A stretch of DNA of 32,000 nucleotides. Source: Mycoplasmoides genitalium G37. GTDB taxonomy: Bacteria; Bacillota_I; Bacilli_A; Mycoplasmatales; Mycoplasmoidaceae. How positions within the stretch are numbered: position 1 is the first letter of the stretch; every line of letters begins with the position of its first letter. Both the position numbers and the translations under genes were made by a program. Positions 1-14,850 of the stretch are shown piece after piece. The notes under the pieces were generated by a model. The model worked only from the letters and a program-made list of their open reading frames with translations. It did not search any database and was not told the origin of the DNA. The stretch lies in NCBI RefSeq assembly GCF_000027325.1, contig NC_000908.2:360001-392000 (forward strand), in the 5' to 3' direction.

Positions 1-593
1 ACATAACGATCATTTTCAATGTCCTCAAAGAAAAGTTTTTCACCAATTTTTTTAGGATCAAATTTCTCACCACGATCATAATAGATTTCAGTGCAAGGTC
101 CACAAGGTCCTAAACCTAAGTCTCAAAAGTTACGACTTTTGTCACACTTAATAATGTGATTTTTATCAATTTTATGCTTAATTCATCTTTTATAAGTAGT
201 TTCATCATCTTCATAAACAGTGATATAAAAACGCTTAGGATCTAGCTGATAATAATTAACTAAAAGATCAAAAGCAAAATCAATTGCTTCTGTTTTAAAA
301 TAATCACCGATTGAAAAATTTCCAAGCATCTCAAACAAAGTTTGATGTCTTGAAGTAAAACCCACATTTTCAATATCATTTACCCTTAAACATATCTGTG
401 CATTAACAAGGCGTTTAGATGGTGGTGTTTTTCTAGCACTGAAATAATCTTTTAAAGTAGCAACTCCTGAATTGATTCATAATAATGATGGGTCGTTGAT
501 CGGAATTAGTGATTTTGAAGCTAAAACCAGATGGTCTTTCTTTGCAAAATAATCTAATCAGGTTTGCCTTACTTTATCAGTTGTTCAATTCAT
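1..593 (-). CDS. alaS: Alanyl-tRNA synthetase, N-terminal part (3' end of the gene lies beyond coordinate 1)
   Basis: The minus-strand frame is open from the window edge to ATG at 591-593. With TGA=Trp it reads [18 protein letters not shown]...[23 protein letters not shown], the class II AlaRS catalytic core. Track fragment 183..365 is the same frame, interrupted only by TGA. Confidence 0.93.
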
Positions 594-650
594 TGCTTAA
601 TTTTAAATGCAATTTACCAGTGATAAAAATAACTATAGTTCTTTTATTTG

Positions 651-1385
651 CTAATTTATTTTTATTTCAAACTTTTTGTTAGCAATTTGTGCATAAACAT
701 GATTATCAGCTAAGAACTGCTGAAACTTATTTTGACTGTTTACTGTTCATAAATTTAAAGGTAAGTTAAGTTTTTTGATCATTTGGGGATACTTTTCATA
801 TATTTTGGTTCATGGGTGGAGGAATTGACAAATCTTTTGGATTCTAGCTGTACTAATTGTTTCAAACTGTTTTTTAGTCCAAAATAAAAAACCTTTTTTG
901 TAACTATTATCTAAATCATAAACTTTTTGCAAAGATTCAAAGTTAAAGGATGAAAACAAGATCTTATCTATTGCTTTTTTACCATAACCTTTAACTAGGT
1001 CAACAAGCTTCTTTTCAATTCCTAAATATGGTTTTTGATCAGTTTTAATCTCAATATTGATTAACTTAAATTTATCTAAATAAAGATCTAAGAACTCTTT
1101 TAAAGTTAGGATCGATTGAAATTGAATTTTAAGGTGAAAAAAAGCACTATGATCATCTCTTTTTAAACTAACTAATGATTCAAACTCAACCTCCTTATTA
1201 ACTAATGCGGTTCTCAATGTTGTCTCATCATGAATGATAACTAACTGTTCATCTTTAGTTAAATGAACATCAAGCTCTATTCCATCAAAACAATATTCAA
1301 AAGCTAAATCAAATGCTAGTTTGGTGTTTTCTGGAGCAATGAATGAATAACCCCTATGTGCTAAAAGCAATTGCTTGTTATGCAT
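651..1385 (-). CDS. glpQ: Glycerophosphodiester phosphodiesterase (GDPD family)
   Basis: Track ORF 810..1391 ends at a TGA (810-812). Reading through gives ...[58 protein letters not shown], then TAG at 651-653. The track M at 1391 is a TTG, and the first ATG is 1383-1385 ([13 protein letters not shown]...). GDPD motifs present: HRG, ENT, E.D and the IIHDETT block. 244 codons. Confidence 0.9.
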
Positions 1386-2802
1386 TATCAAGATCTCTTC
1401 AACGGTATGAAGCTTTATTTAATCGTTTAATTTCCATGCTATTTGAGATAAAAACAATTGATCCACATATCAAACCAAACAAAGCAATGGATAAACAAAT
1501 AGCAGCGATAATTTGATAACCAGTGTTACTAGTATTACTTTGTCCTGCAACTGTATATTTCTTACCAACTTCAGCAGTCACAGTGTAAAGTCATCCATCA
1601 GTAGAAAAACCAATAAAACTAAGTAAACCAACACTAGATGCATAGTTATTTTTACCAATATCAATTTCACCTATTTGGTTATATCTGACTGTAACCATTC
1701 CCCATGATAAGATACCAGTAAAGATATAGAGAATGGAAGAGAAAGTAATTAAAGTGATGTTAGCAGAATTTGTTTGTACAAAACCAAGTAGAATAAATGC
1801 TAGAACAAATACAATACCAAGAACAGTACATATCATTAAAAACAAGATATAGCTTTTACACTTATCTGCTAATCTACAAAGATAAACACTAACAGCACTT
1901 CTCAGTGCATAAGTTCTAATTCCCCCAATTACAGTTACTAATACTACAGGCGCTAAAAATGCATTTTGCAACATCTGTAAAAGGTAATAAGCAAAAGTGC
2001 TTTGAAACACATACATCCCCATTAAAAAGAAGGATAGTAACCATAACTTTCAGTTTTTTAAGGTCACTAAAATCTGGTTTAAATTGCGTTTAAAACTTAC
2101 TAAAGTGGTTTGACTTTGTTTTTCAATTGGTTTTTCCTTAACAAAAAACAAAACTGTAAATCCAGTAATTACTAGCATTATGGCAATGATAAAAGCGTAT
2201 GCAGCAAATGGTTTTGAATCAGCATTCTCACTACCTCCTGATGGATAGAAAATGCTGGTAATTATCAATGCAATTAGAAAGATAAATATTAAACCTCATA
2301 TTCCATTAGCAGCTCCCTGAATTCCAAAACCAAGTGCTTGGTTTTCTTTTGTTGCTTGTTGACTAGCTAGTTTTCATAATGGTGTTCAAAAGATTAAAGT
2401 ACTTGTTATCCCTCATAACCCTCATATTACACAATACTGAATAAATAAAGCATCATGGCTTTGTTGGTTTTTAGTTAAGATGTTGGCTGCTAATCAAAAA
2501 GTAATTGCTCCAGTAGTAATTGCTGATAGAAATAACAATTTTCTAGAACTGAAGCGATTTGTTAAAAACCCTCCTGGTAGTTGAGTGGCAAGTGTTACAT
2601 AACCAATGATAGAAGTAACAGTAGCAACTTCATCCTCTGTAATTCCTAAGTACAAGTGGAGGTTAGGAACAACATTCTTAACATAATAGGGTGCAGCAAT
2701 TACAAATACATCAATTGCTCCCAAAATAATTAAGGCAAGAATTTGTTGTTTTGAAAAATCCTTTAAGCGTTTTTTAAATCCTTTTTTTGTTGTCACTATC
2801 AC
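1378..2802 (-). CDS. Polytopic MFS-type transporter (MG294-like), substrate unknown
   Basis: Fragments 1399..1581, 1591..2022, 2050..2268 and 2494..2802 share one frame. I translated the 2269..2493 gap and found only TGA codons, no TAA or TAG. The true stop is TAA at 1378-1380, overlapping the glpQ start by 8 nt. The product is very hydrophobic and has the MFS loop motif [14 protein letters not shown]. The start is GTG at 2800-2802, with no in-frame ATG upstream, so the start is less certain than the body. Confidence 0.85.
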
Positions 2803-2854
2803 TAATGATAAAGTGGGATAAATTAAATATACATCTAATAATAAAAGTGGATGG

Positions 2855-2874
2855 AAGTGAAACGTTCTTCACTT
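2855..2874 (-). terminator. Weak hairpin downstream of mnmA (candidate terminator)
   Basis: Inverted repeat aagtgaa-acgttc-ttcactt (7-bp stem) lies 46 nt past the mnmA stop. On the minus strand it is followed by CCATCCACTTTTATTATT. The stem is short and the U-tract is poor. Confidence 0.3.
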
Positions 2875-2919
2875 ACTTTTAAAAAGAAAAATAATGTTTA
2901 CTAGAAAAACTATTTTTTC

Positions 2920-4023
<1,104 letters not shown>

Positions 4024-4025
4024 TT

Positions 4026-4415
4026 TTAATAAACAGCGTGAATAGCAAACCTGTTTACTAATCTTTGGTGAAATCTATTAGGATTAATGCCTTTTGTAAT
4101 AGCAAGTGCAGAAATAAACACTATTAATGCTTCATAAAAATTTTGACAGCACTGTTGATCACTATCTTTAGGATTTTCTACAACTTTTGCTAGATAATCT
4201 AGCTGTTTAATTACTTCAGTTTGGATAAAAAAACCATCACTTAACATTGGTTTGAAAAAAAATGGTTGGTCATCATAATCATCATCTTCATAAATAACAA
4301 TATTGTCTTGTTCTCGTTTTAAACACAAATTAAAGTTAATGCGAAAAGTCTCAAAATCAACCGCTTGAAATTCAGTTTGTAAAAATTTTTTAAAAGCTAT
4401 AAGTTGTGGTTTCAT
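4026..4415 (-). CDS. Hypothetical small acidic protein (MG296-like, 129 aa)
   Basis: Uninterrupted ORF from ATG 4413-4415 to TAA 4026-4028, which lies 2 nt before the mnmA ATG. It contains an acidic run YEDDDYDDQPFFF. I recognise no catalytic or DNA-binding motif. Confidence 0.8.
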   Translation of the reverse strand: MKPQLIAFKKFLQTEFQAVDFETFRINFNLCLKREQDNIVIYEDDDYDDQPFFFKPMLSDGFFIQTEVIKQLDYLAKVVENPKDSDQQCCQNFYEALIVFISALAITKGINPNRFHQRLVNRFAIHAVY

Positions 4416-4534
4416 TACACCAGTCTAAAAAGTTTTAACACTTCTTGTTCAAGATAGCAATCCTTAAACAGTTTATTTCAGTATTACTTAAATAAACTAC
4501 TAACCAAAATACTGTAAAAGGTTTAATTTAAAAA

Positions 4535-5575
4535 CTAATTTTCTTTATTATCTAAGTTTAAGTTATTAAGTAAACCTAAAACATATTTTTCCAGATCAAA
4601 GATAGCTAAATCACTAGTTTTTTCACCAAAACCTATCAGTTTAACAGGCAGGTTAAACATATCTTTAATAGCTAAAATAATTCCACCCTTAGCAGAACCA
4701 TCCATTTTAGTTAAAACAATCCCTGTTAGTTTGGAAAATTCATTAAATACCTTTGCTTGTGATAGTCCTGTTTGACCTACTGTACCATCTAAAACTAAAA
4801 GTGTTTCACTAGGTTCACTTCCACTTACCTTTTGAATAATTTGATAAATTTTTTGCAATTCATTCATTAAGTTAAGCTTGTTTTGCAATCTTCCTGATGT
4901 ATCACATAAAACAAAGTCATATTTATCATCAATCCCTTTCTTTACGCCACGAAAGATAACAGCTGGAGTTTGTTCTTTAGGGTTTGGAAGTACAATGTCA
5001 CAGTTTAACAGCTTTGCTCACTGATTAAGTTGTTCAATGGCTCCTGCTCTAAAAGTATCACCTGCAACAAGTAGAACACGTTTATTTTGTTTTATGAAAA
5101 AATCCGCTATCTTAGCTAAAGTAGTTGTTTTACCAACTCCATTAACACCAACAAAGAGATAAACATTTGTAAAGTTAGGTTTAACTATTAAATCAGTATC
5201 AAAGAGTTTATCTTGGATGTAATAAACAATAATTTGGTCAATAATTAGCTCTTTAATGAGCTGAAAATCTGTAATTCTGTTTAGCTTGATCTGTTCAATA
5301 ATAGCATCACAAATTTTGTTTGCAGCATGATAACCAACATCAAGCAAAACTAGCCCTTCAAATAGATTTTCTTTAAACTGTTCGTCAACATTAACATATC
5401 GTTTTGACAGTTCATTAATAGTTTTAGCGAAAGTTGTAGCAGATTTTTTCAAACCCTGATAGTAAGTTTTATTATTGGTTTGAAAAAGGCTTTGTTTTTC
5501 AACTTCTTCTTTAAGCTGTTTAGCAACTGATTTTTTTGGTTTTAGTTTGGCAATTAACTTGCTTAAAAAGCCCAT
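4535..5575 (-). CDS. ftsY: Signal recognition particle receptor FtsY
   Basis: Fragments 4535..4888 and 5018..5575 are in one frame. The joining segment (TGA at 5018-5020) reads ...EQLNQWAKLLNCDIVLPNPKEQTPAVIFRGVKKGIDDKYDFVLCDTSGRLQNK. SRP-GTPase motifs GVNGVGKTTT, DTSGR and LTKMDG are present. ATG 5573-5575, TAG 4535-4537. 346 codons. Confidence 0.95.
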
Positions 5576-5581
5576 TATTAG

Positions 5582-8530
5582 TTAATTAGAATCATTTTCA
5601 GATACATATTTTTCAGCATTTTCAAGTTCAACTGCAAAGGTTTTAGTTACACCTTTAGTTTGCATTGCAGCACCCAATAACATGTCACATTTCATCATTG
5701 TACCTTGACGATGGGTAATAATTAAAAATTGGGTGTTTTTGCTAGCAGTTTTAATGATGTTAGCAAAGCGCTCCACATTAGCAGGATCAAGTGCACTTTC
5801 CGCTTCATCTAAAATAACAAGTGGAAAAGCACTTACTTTCAAAATACTAAATAAAACAGAAAGTGCAACTAAAGTTTTTTCCCCGCCTGATAACAACATT
5901 AAGTTGGCAATATTTTTACCAGGAGGATTTGCAAAGACATCTATCCCTGAAACCAATACATTACTAGGATCAGTGTAACGAATTTGGCAAGAACCACCAC
6001 CAAATAGATATTTGAAAGTTTTTGGCAACTCTTGATTTAATTTTTGGATCAGTTGATCAAACTCATTGCTAGCAATTTCATCAATTTCAGTAATAGCTTT
6101 TTGCAAATTTTCAACTGCTTGTTGAGCTGATTCATATTCAGCGTTAATATCATCAAAGCGCTTTTGCTTTTCACTTATCTCAGCAATTGATTCCATGTTA
6201 ATTACCCCCATTTCATTCAATTGATTTTGTAGTTTAGCAATCTTGTTATGGGCTTGCATAGAAGAGAGTTTAACTGGTTTGTTGTGATTAGCAATAGCAA
6301 ACTCCATTGTCATTTTGTAAACACTGTTAATCTTTTCAGTGATATTTTGGATTGTATTTTCAAACCTAATTTTTCCTTCCCGCGCTGAAACTAATTTAGC
6401 ACGTTGTTCATCTAACAATGCCCTAAGATCAACTATCTTCTCTTCACTTTGTTTAATTGTTTTTGCTAGTTGTAACTTAAGTTCTTGATTAAGCTTTAAC
6501 TTAGAGTTAATTTCATCACGTTTAGCTCAAGCACTATTTAATGAATGGATTAATTCAGCTTCACTAGCAACAGCTTTTTTACCATCAAAAGTTGTGTTAG
6601 TAAGTTGTTCATATTCCATTTTGAGCTCTAAAATAATTTTTTTAATTTGAACAATACGCTCTATAAACTTGGCTTGTAACAACTCTTCATACTTGAGTTT
6701 TCTGTTCATTTCATCTAGCTTTACTTCTAGTTCTGTAAGCTCCTTTTTTAACTCTCGTTCGTTGTTTTCTAGTTTGTTAATGTTCTGTTCATTATCAAGT
6801 GAAGCTGATGATAAATACCCATCACTAAGATTTGTTTTTTCAAATCCACCATTGATAATTCCCCCTGCATAAACTGTCTCACCATCTAAAGTAACGATCC
6901 TATATAACTTGTAAGTATAGTTAGAAAGGTTAATGGCACTATTTAAATCTTTAGCAATAATAACTTGTGCTAAAAGAGTATTTACAACTGGTTGAAACAA
7001 TGGATCACACTTAACATGATCACTACAAACACCAAGAAAACCATCAAGCTGCTTTAAAATTTCCATGTGTTCGTTTGTGATTTTAGTATCACTAGCAACA
7101 TCATCTAAAGGTAAAAAAGTTACTTTACCTATCTCATTTTTGACTAAAAAATCTATTGCTTGGATGGCAGCATTATTGTTGTTAACAACTAGGTAACCAA
7201 TTGATTTTCCAAGTGCTTTTAAGATAGCTTTTTCATACTGCTTATCAAATTTAAGAAATGTTCCTAGTGTATTTAAAATTCCTGTTAAAGCATTAGCATT
7301 TTTAACTAAGATATTGGCATTGTTAGTTTTTTTAAGCTCATTAGTTTGGAGTTCAATAATTGTTTTTAAGGAACGTTGGTAAATTAAATCAGCAGTATTT
7401 TTTTCAATCTGTAACTTTATCTGATCAACAAGTGATTTTTGTTCGTTAATTAGTTTTTCAAGATCAGTGATGGTTGTTTTGGAATTTGATAGTTGGTTTT
7501 CAAAACCATCAAGCTGGGTTTGATCAACTAAAATTAGTTTTTTTAAAGCTGCAGCTTTTTGCTTTTCATCTTTTTGTGAAAAACCTTGTCTTAACTGCAC
7601 ATCAATAATGACTTTACGTTGTTCCAATTCATTGATCTTTTGGTAAATATCTTGTAACTCTTTTTGCAATTCATTAGATTGCATATCAGCACTATGAAAG
7701 CGACTATTAAAGATAACAATCTGTTCTTCTAACAACTCTAGTTGGGGTTCGTGTATTTTAAAGTCATGTTCACTACTGTTAATCTGAAAATTAAACTTAT
7801 CAAGTTCAGTTTGTGCTTGGAGATATTCCCCAACCAAAACAGCAAGTTCCAACTCTTTCAATTCGTTTTTAACCCTAATGAATTGTTGTGCTTTTTCAGC
7901 TTGTAATGTAAGCTTTTTTAAATCTTTTTTCAGTTCATTTAAAACAACGCTAACTTGTTTTAAGTTAATTAAGGTTCGATTTAACTGGTTAACAACTTCT
8001 TCTTTACGCTTGGTATATCTACCAATTCCCGACGCATCTTCAAAGATCTTTCTGCGTTCTTCTGGCTTAGCTTCTACAAATCAAGAGACACTCCCTTGTG
8101 AAATAATTCCAAGTGAACCTTTTTCAAGACCAATATCAGCAAAAATACCGCTAATTTCTTTTAAAGTTGCTGGATTGGAGTTAATAAAATATTCACTCTG
8201 GCCACTCCCTCTATAAACCCTACGCATCACGCTTATCTCTTTTCTTGAATCATGTAATAAACGGTTGGAATTATCAAAGGTTAGCTCTATTTCAGCTAAC
8301 TTACTAGCAGGTTTGTCTTTAGAGCCAAAAAAGATCATATCATCACCTGATTTACTACGGAGATGTTTCATACTTCTCTCCCCTAAAACCCACTTTAATG
8401 CATCAACAACATTGGATTTGCCCGATCCATTAGGACCAACAATACCAGTCATTGAATGGGTAAAATCAATTGTGATTTCATCAGCATATGATTTAAAACC
8501 ATATGCGCGAAAACGTTTTAGAAAAACCAT
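5582..8530 (-). CDS. smc: Chromosome partition/condensation protein SMC
   Basis: Fragments 5582..6418, 6527..7861 and 8081..8530 share one frame. Walker A GPNGSGKSN is at the N-terminus. Long Q/E/K/L-rich coiled-coil arms flank a hinge-like middle. The C-terminus carries the signature LSGGEKT and Walker B LVILDEAESALD. ATG 8528-8530, TAA 5582-5584. 982 codons. Confidence 0.96.
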
Positions 8531-8567
8531 TTGTTCTAAAAAGCTTTAATTTGGATGTTGTTATTAG

Positions 8568-8573
8568 ATTATA
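8568..8573 (-). promoter_or_regulatory. Candidate -10 box (TATAAT) for smc-ftsY
   Basis: Plus-strand attata is TATAAT on the minus strand, 37 nt upstream of the smc ATG, inside the largest intergenic gap of the window. This is a sequence match only, and AT-rich DNA gives many chance matches. Confidence 0.35.
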
Positions 8574-8697
8574 CTAGTTGAAGTAAACTAAACTAGGCTA
8601 ATTATTAGGTTACTAAAAAATAAGCTAATAACGCTTCATTTAAAAAAGCTTCTATGTTTTAATAGTAACTAGTTTATTTAATTTAAAAATTACATTA

Positions 8698-8717
8698 ATT
8701 GCTTTTAGAAAAGCAAT
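8698..8717 (-). terminator. Hairpin just downstream of pta (candidate terminator)
   Basis: Inverted repeat attgctttt/aaaagcaat (8-9 bp, AT-rich, tiny loop) begins 16 nt past the pta stop. On the minus strand it is followed by TAATGTAATTTTTAAATT. Confidence 0.35.
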
Positions 8718-8732
8718 ATCATTTAAAAGTTT

Positions 8733-9695
8733 TTATTTAATTGCTTGAGCGGCAGTGATAATTCCAACATTAAAAATGTCACTGACACTAGCTCCCCTTG
8801 AAAGATCATTCACTGGACTTGAAAGTCCAAGAACAATAGGACCAATTGCATCATACCCTCCAAGTCTTTGGGCGATTTTATAAGCAATGTTACCAGCATC
8901 TAAATTAGGAAAAACATAGATATTAGCACTATTTTTTCAAGTTAGTTGAGGTGCTTTTTGTAACCTAACCTTTTCAACAAAAGCAGCATCAAACTGGAGC
9001 TCACCACAAACACTTTGATGCAATTCAGGGTGTTTTTCTAAAAATAGTTTAGTTGCTAAAACAACTTTATCCACCATTTCACCCTTACCACTGCCAAGCG
9101 TTGAATAGCTTAAAAAAGCCATTTTTATCTCATCCTCATTTAAACTTTTGGCAAAATTGAAGGTGTTTTCAGCAATTGTTGCTAACTCTTGGGAGTTAGG
9201 ATAAACAGCAAAAGCACAATCAGTGAAGTACAAACGTTCTTCACCTTTTTCCATGATGAAAACACTAGAAACAAAATTACCAGTTGCTAGTAACTGTAAA
9301 GCTGGTCTTAAAGTATCTTTTGTAGCATATTCTTTACCACAAACCTCACCATCAACAACCTTTAGAGCAACTAAGGTAGCAGCTAAAGAACTAGGATCAC
9401 GTACAAACTTTTGTGCTTCTTTTAAATCCATCCCCTTATGCTTACGTTTTTCATAGACAAAGTTAGCATAGCTAGTTAAATCCATCTCATCAATCACATA
9501 ATGAGTTATTTTTTTATCAAAATTTGCAGGGATTTCCTGACGATTATGAAAGATAACTGCAGGTTGGATCAGCTTAGATTCATTAAGCATTTCAACTGCT
9601 TTTAAAACACTTGCTGATCAACCTTCTGGAAAGATAATTACAGGTTTTTTACTAACAGCTTGTAATCGTTTTTTAAAAATATCAATAACACTCAT
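8733..9695 (-). CDS. pta: Phosphate acetyltransferase
   Basis: Track ORF 8937..9590 extends in frame in both directions through TGA. The N-terminus from ATG 9693-9695 reads [41 protein letters not shown]. The C-terminus reads ...[42 protein letters not shown], then TAA at 8733-8735. 320 codons. Confidence 0.94.
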
Positions 9696-9712
9696 TGTTT
9701 TATTAATTTGGT

Positions 9713-11966
<2,254 letters not shown>

Positions 11967-11993
11967 TTAATTTAATAATTAGATTTTAATACT

Positions 11994-12947
11994 TTAGCCT
12001 ATTGCAATTAATTCTATCTGTCAAAAATACAGCAAATTATTGCTATTAATTGCTCTTAAAAAAATAAAGTTTTGCTTATCAAAATTGAAACTATAATTAG
12101 GATTTTCTCAGTAAACTAAATTCCAGTTATTAGCAATTAATAAAATACTAAATAAAAGTAAACCCACTAATAAAAATACCCCGTTTAATAAGTTGTATTT
12201 TAAAGGATAATGAGTTCTGTTAGTGTTATTTAAATCATAACCTTTAGCTTGTAGAGCAAACGCTGTTGTTTCTGTTTTTTTAACTGTTGAAAGTAATACG
12301 GGAATAAAAAGGGTTTTAATCTTGAAAGGATTTAAAAACGAACACTTGTTATAGATAAAACCTCTAGTAGCTTGAGCTTGTTTAATTCTTATAATTTCAC
12401 TTTTAACAGTTGGGAGTAATTTAAATATAACTGCAAGCAAGATACTAATTGGTTGAACCTTAATATGAAATAACTTAAGAAACTTAAAAAACCTCTCAAC
12501 TGCTCAAGCCAATTCATAGATAGAACTTGAAGTTGTCAGTAAAAAAGAAGCACTGAAAAGCATACTAATCCTTAATGCAATTACAAAGGATCGTAAAAAT
12601 GAACGTAGATTAAAACTTCACCAGCTAACACCACCAAAATTATTACCACCTGAATAGATAAAACTTCCTAAAAAATTATGGTTCTGATCAACGCTTAAAG
12701 CAGTATTTGGTAAAAAGATAAAACCGTTAACAATTACATTAAACCACAAGAAAAATAACATCCAACTCAAAATAATTAATGCACTTTTAACCCTTTTCTC
12801 ACTAATTACAACTAGGGTTAAAAAAACTAAGTTAATAATTACAAGACCATATAATCCTAGCGGTAGAAAAGCAACAACTAAACTAATTAGTCAAAACCAC
12901 AATTTTAGAAGTGGGTCAATTTTGTTTAAAAAACTGGTTTTTTGCAT
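11994..12947 (-). CDS. ecfT: Energy-coupling factor transporter transmembrane component EcfT (CbiQ family)
   Basis: Track fragment 12108..12440 extends upstream in frame through many TGA codons to ATG 12945-12947 (MQKTSFLNKIDPLLKLWFWLISLVVAF...), which lies 22 nt inside ecfA2. Downstream it reads through TGA 12108-12110 (...NLVYWENPNYSFNFDKQNFIFLRAINSNNLLYFWQIELIAIG) to TAA 11994-11996. The product is hydrophobic with a CbiQ-like cytoplasmic loop (QATRGF). The C-terminal 38 codons depend on the code-4 reading. Confidence 0.85.
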
Positions 12948-13999
12948 GAAAATAAGTTTTTTAGTTCACTAATAAGATCATCAAGGTTTTTAATTTCTGC
13001 TTGGTTTTTAAAAGCTATTCCCTTTTCATTAAACATCTTAACTGCTTGGATAATTACTGGAGGGGTGATTCCATATTGCATCAACCAACTGGTGTTTGAA
13101 AAAAAATCATTAACAGTGGTTTGATGAATTATCTTTCCCTGGTGGAGATGGATGATTTTATCAGCAGTTTCAAAGATAAAATCAACATCATGGCTAACAA
13201 TAACAATCCTTGTTGTTTGTTTCATTGCTACTAGCATTTTGCTTAAGTTGCTAATCGCCATTTGATCTAACCCAACAGTAGGTTCATCAAGGATTAAAAA
13301 CTTAACTTGCATTGCTAACACACTAGCTAATGCCAAACGCTTCTTCTGTCCATCGCTTAATTCAATGGGATTTTTTATTAACGGGATGTTTTCCAATCCA
13401 CATAGATCAAGGTATTTTTTGGCATAATTAACATCTTTTTTATGACAAAGTTTAAGGTTCACTGCTCCTGTTAAAACTTCTTCTAAAATAGAATCACAAA
13501 AAAACTGATCTTCTGCTTTTTGCAAAATATAACCAATTTTTTGCTTAAAGTTTTTTGTTATCTTTTGTTGGTATTGGTTTGCAAAATAACAATAATTAGC
13601 ACAATTTATATAGCCAAAACTAGGTTTTTCAAATAAACCTAACTGTTTTATTAGTGTAGTTTTACCACTACCACTTTCACCAAAAATAACTGTAATTTTA
13701 TTAGGTTCTATTACCCCTGAACAACATTTAATGATCTGACCATCATTATGCTTATTGACAAAGACACTAATATTGTTAAAAAACAATGGATCTTGTTCAA
13801 TGTTCAGTAATTTGCTATTAAAAAATGGAATGCTTTTTTTACTGTTTAAAAAGTAAAAAGGATTAATGATTTTATCAACCTTTTTATAAAAAGAAAACAG
13901 TTTTTTTGAATCTAATTTTGCTAGTTTAAGATTCGCTTTTTGAGCTTGAAGATGGTATTTTTGTTCAATTAAATCTAGTTTTATTTGAGGTGTTTGCAT
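12926..13999 (-). CDS. ecfA2: ECF transporter ATPase EcfA2 (ABC ATP-binding protein) with N-terminal extension
   Basis: Uninterrupted 357-codon ORF from ATG 13997-13999 to TAA 12926-12928. Walker A GESGSGKTT, signature LSDGQKKR, Walker B FLILDEPTVGLD and H-loop VSHD are present. Walker A sits at about residue 107, so about 65 extra residues precede the ABC fold. Confidence 0.93.
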   Translation of the reverse strand: MQTPQIKLDLIEQKYHLQAQKANLKLAKLDSKKLFSFYKKVDKIINPFYFLNSKKSIPFFNSKLLNIEQDPLFFNNISVFVNKHNDGQIIKCCSGVIEPNKITVIFGESGSGKTTLIKQLGLFEKPSFGYINCANYCYFANQYQQKITKNFKQKIGYILQKAEDQFFCDSILEEVLTGAVNLKLCHKKDVNYAKKYLDLCGLENIPLIKNPIELSDGQKKRLALASVLAMQVKFLILDEPTVGLDQMAISNLSKMLVAMKQTTRIVIVSHDVDFIFETADKIIHLHQGKIIHQTTVNDFFSNTSWLMQYGITPPVIIQAVKMFNEKGIAFKNQAEIKNLDDLISELKNLFSCKKPVF

Positions 14000-14793
14000 A
14001 TCCAGTTAACTACATCATTCAATTCAAAACTTAAACTTGGTGTTTTTTTGTTTATTTGTTTAGCCACCTTATGGGCCAATAAAAGTGGAAAAGGGAGATT
14101 AAAGTGGTGGTTATGAAACAAATCAAGCTGCTCATATATCGCTTCAGGAGCAAACTTTTTAATTAGCGATCCTTTACTTAAAAAGATAATCTCATCTGCT
14201 AGAAACAGATCATTAAAATCATGGGTAATATTGATAACTATTTTGTTTTGTTTTTTGATGGTATCAAACACAAATTTTTTAAGTTTATTGCTGATCTTAT
14301 TATCAAGCATACTAAATGCCTCATCAAGCAGATAAATTTGTGGTTTGACAGCCAATAAACAAGCAAAAACAGCACGTTGTTTTTCACCAAATGAAAGTTT
14401 TTTAAGTGGTGTAAATTGTTTATCTTTCAATTCAACAACAGTTAAAACTTCATTAATAATCTTATCCATTTCACTAGCTAAAACTCCATGGTTTTCCAAA
14501 GTAAAAATCAATTCCTGGTGGAGTGTATCAGCAAGTAATTGCACATCAGGGTCTTGTAATAAGATTCCAATCTTATTAAAACCAACAGAAGTCAACTCCT
14601 TATCATTGAAAAAGATAGTTCCTTTTTTAGCTTTTAGAAATCCGCCAAGGAGTTTAACTAGGGTTGATTTACCTGAACCGTTATGACCTATTACTGCTAA
14701 ATGACACCCATCTTGAACATTAAAACTAATCTGATTTAACACATTGTTTTGGTGTTTTGGGTATTTAAAACTGAGGTTTTTAACTTGTAGCAA
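13981..14793 (-). CDS. ecfA1: ECF transporter ATPase EcfA1 (ABC ATP-binding protein)
   Basis: ORF of 270 codons. Walker A GHNGSGKST, signature LSFGEKQR, Walker B IYLLDEAFSMLD and H-loop ITHD are present. TAA at 13981-13983 lies 19 nt inside ecfA2. The track M is a TTG at 14791-14793, and I saw no in-frame ATG further upstream, so the start is uncertain. Confidence 0.9.
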   Translation of the reverse strand: MLQVKNLSFKYPKHQNNVLNQISFNVQDGCHLAVIGHNGSGKSTLVKLLGGFLKAKKGTIFFNDKELTSVGFNKIGILLQDPDVQLLADTLHQELIFTLENHGVLASEMDKIINEVLTVVELKDKQFTPLKKLSFGEKQRAVFACLLAVKPQIYLLDEAFSMLDNKISNKLKKFVFDTIKKQNKIVINITHDFNDLFLADEIIFLSKGSLIKKFAPEAIYEQLDLFHNHHFNLPFPLLLAHKVAKQINKKTPSLSFELNDVVNWICKHLK

Positions 14794-14850
14794 ACTAAGC
14801 TTATTTATAAATTTTAAAAATAAGTCAGAGCTAAAAATCTGTTTTTTGGT

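Noticed and set aside
4026-4415. Calling the 129-aa orphan a YlxM (UPF0122) homologue because of its position after smc-ftsY.
   Set aside because: No sigma-70 region-4-like helix-turn-helix is visible in the sequence, and ffh does not follow it here. This is a positional analogy only.
8531-8732. The largest intergenic gap (202 nt, smc/pta) as a possible small RNA or small-protein gene.
   Set aside because: I found no GC-supported structure beyond one AT-rich hairpin, no tRNA-like cloverleaf, and only ORFs of fewer than 15 codons. The gap is adequately explained as a pta 3' end plus the smc promoter. RNA-seq would be needed to say more.
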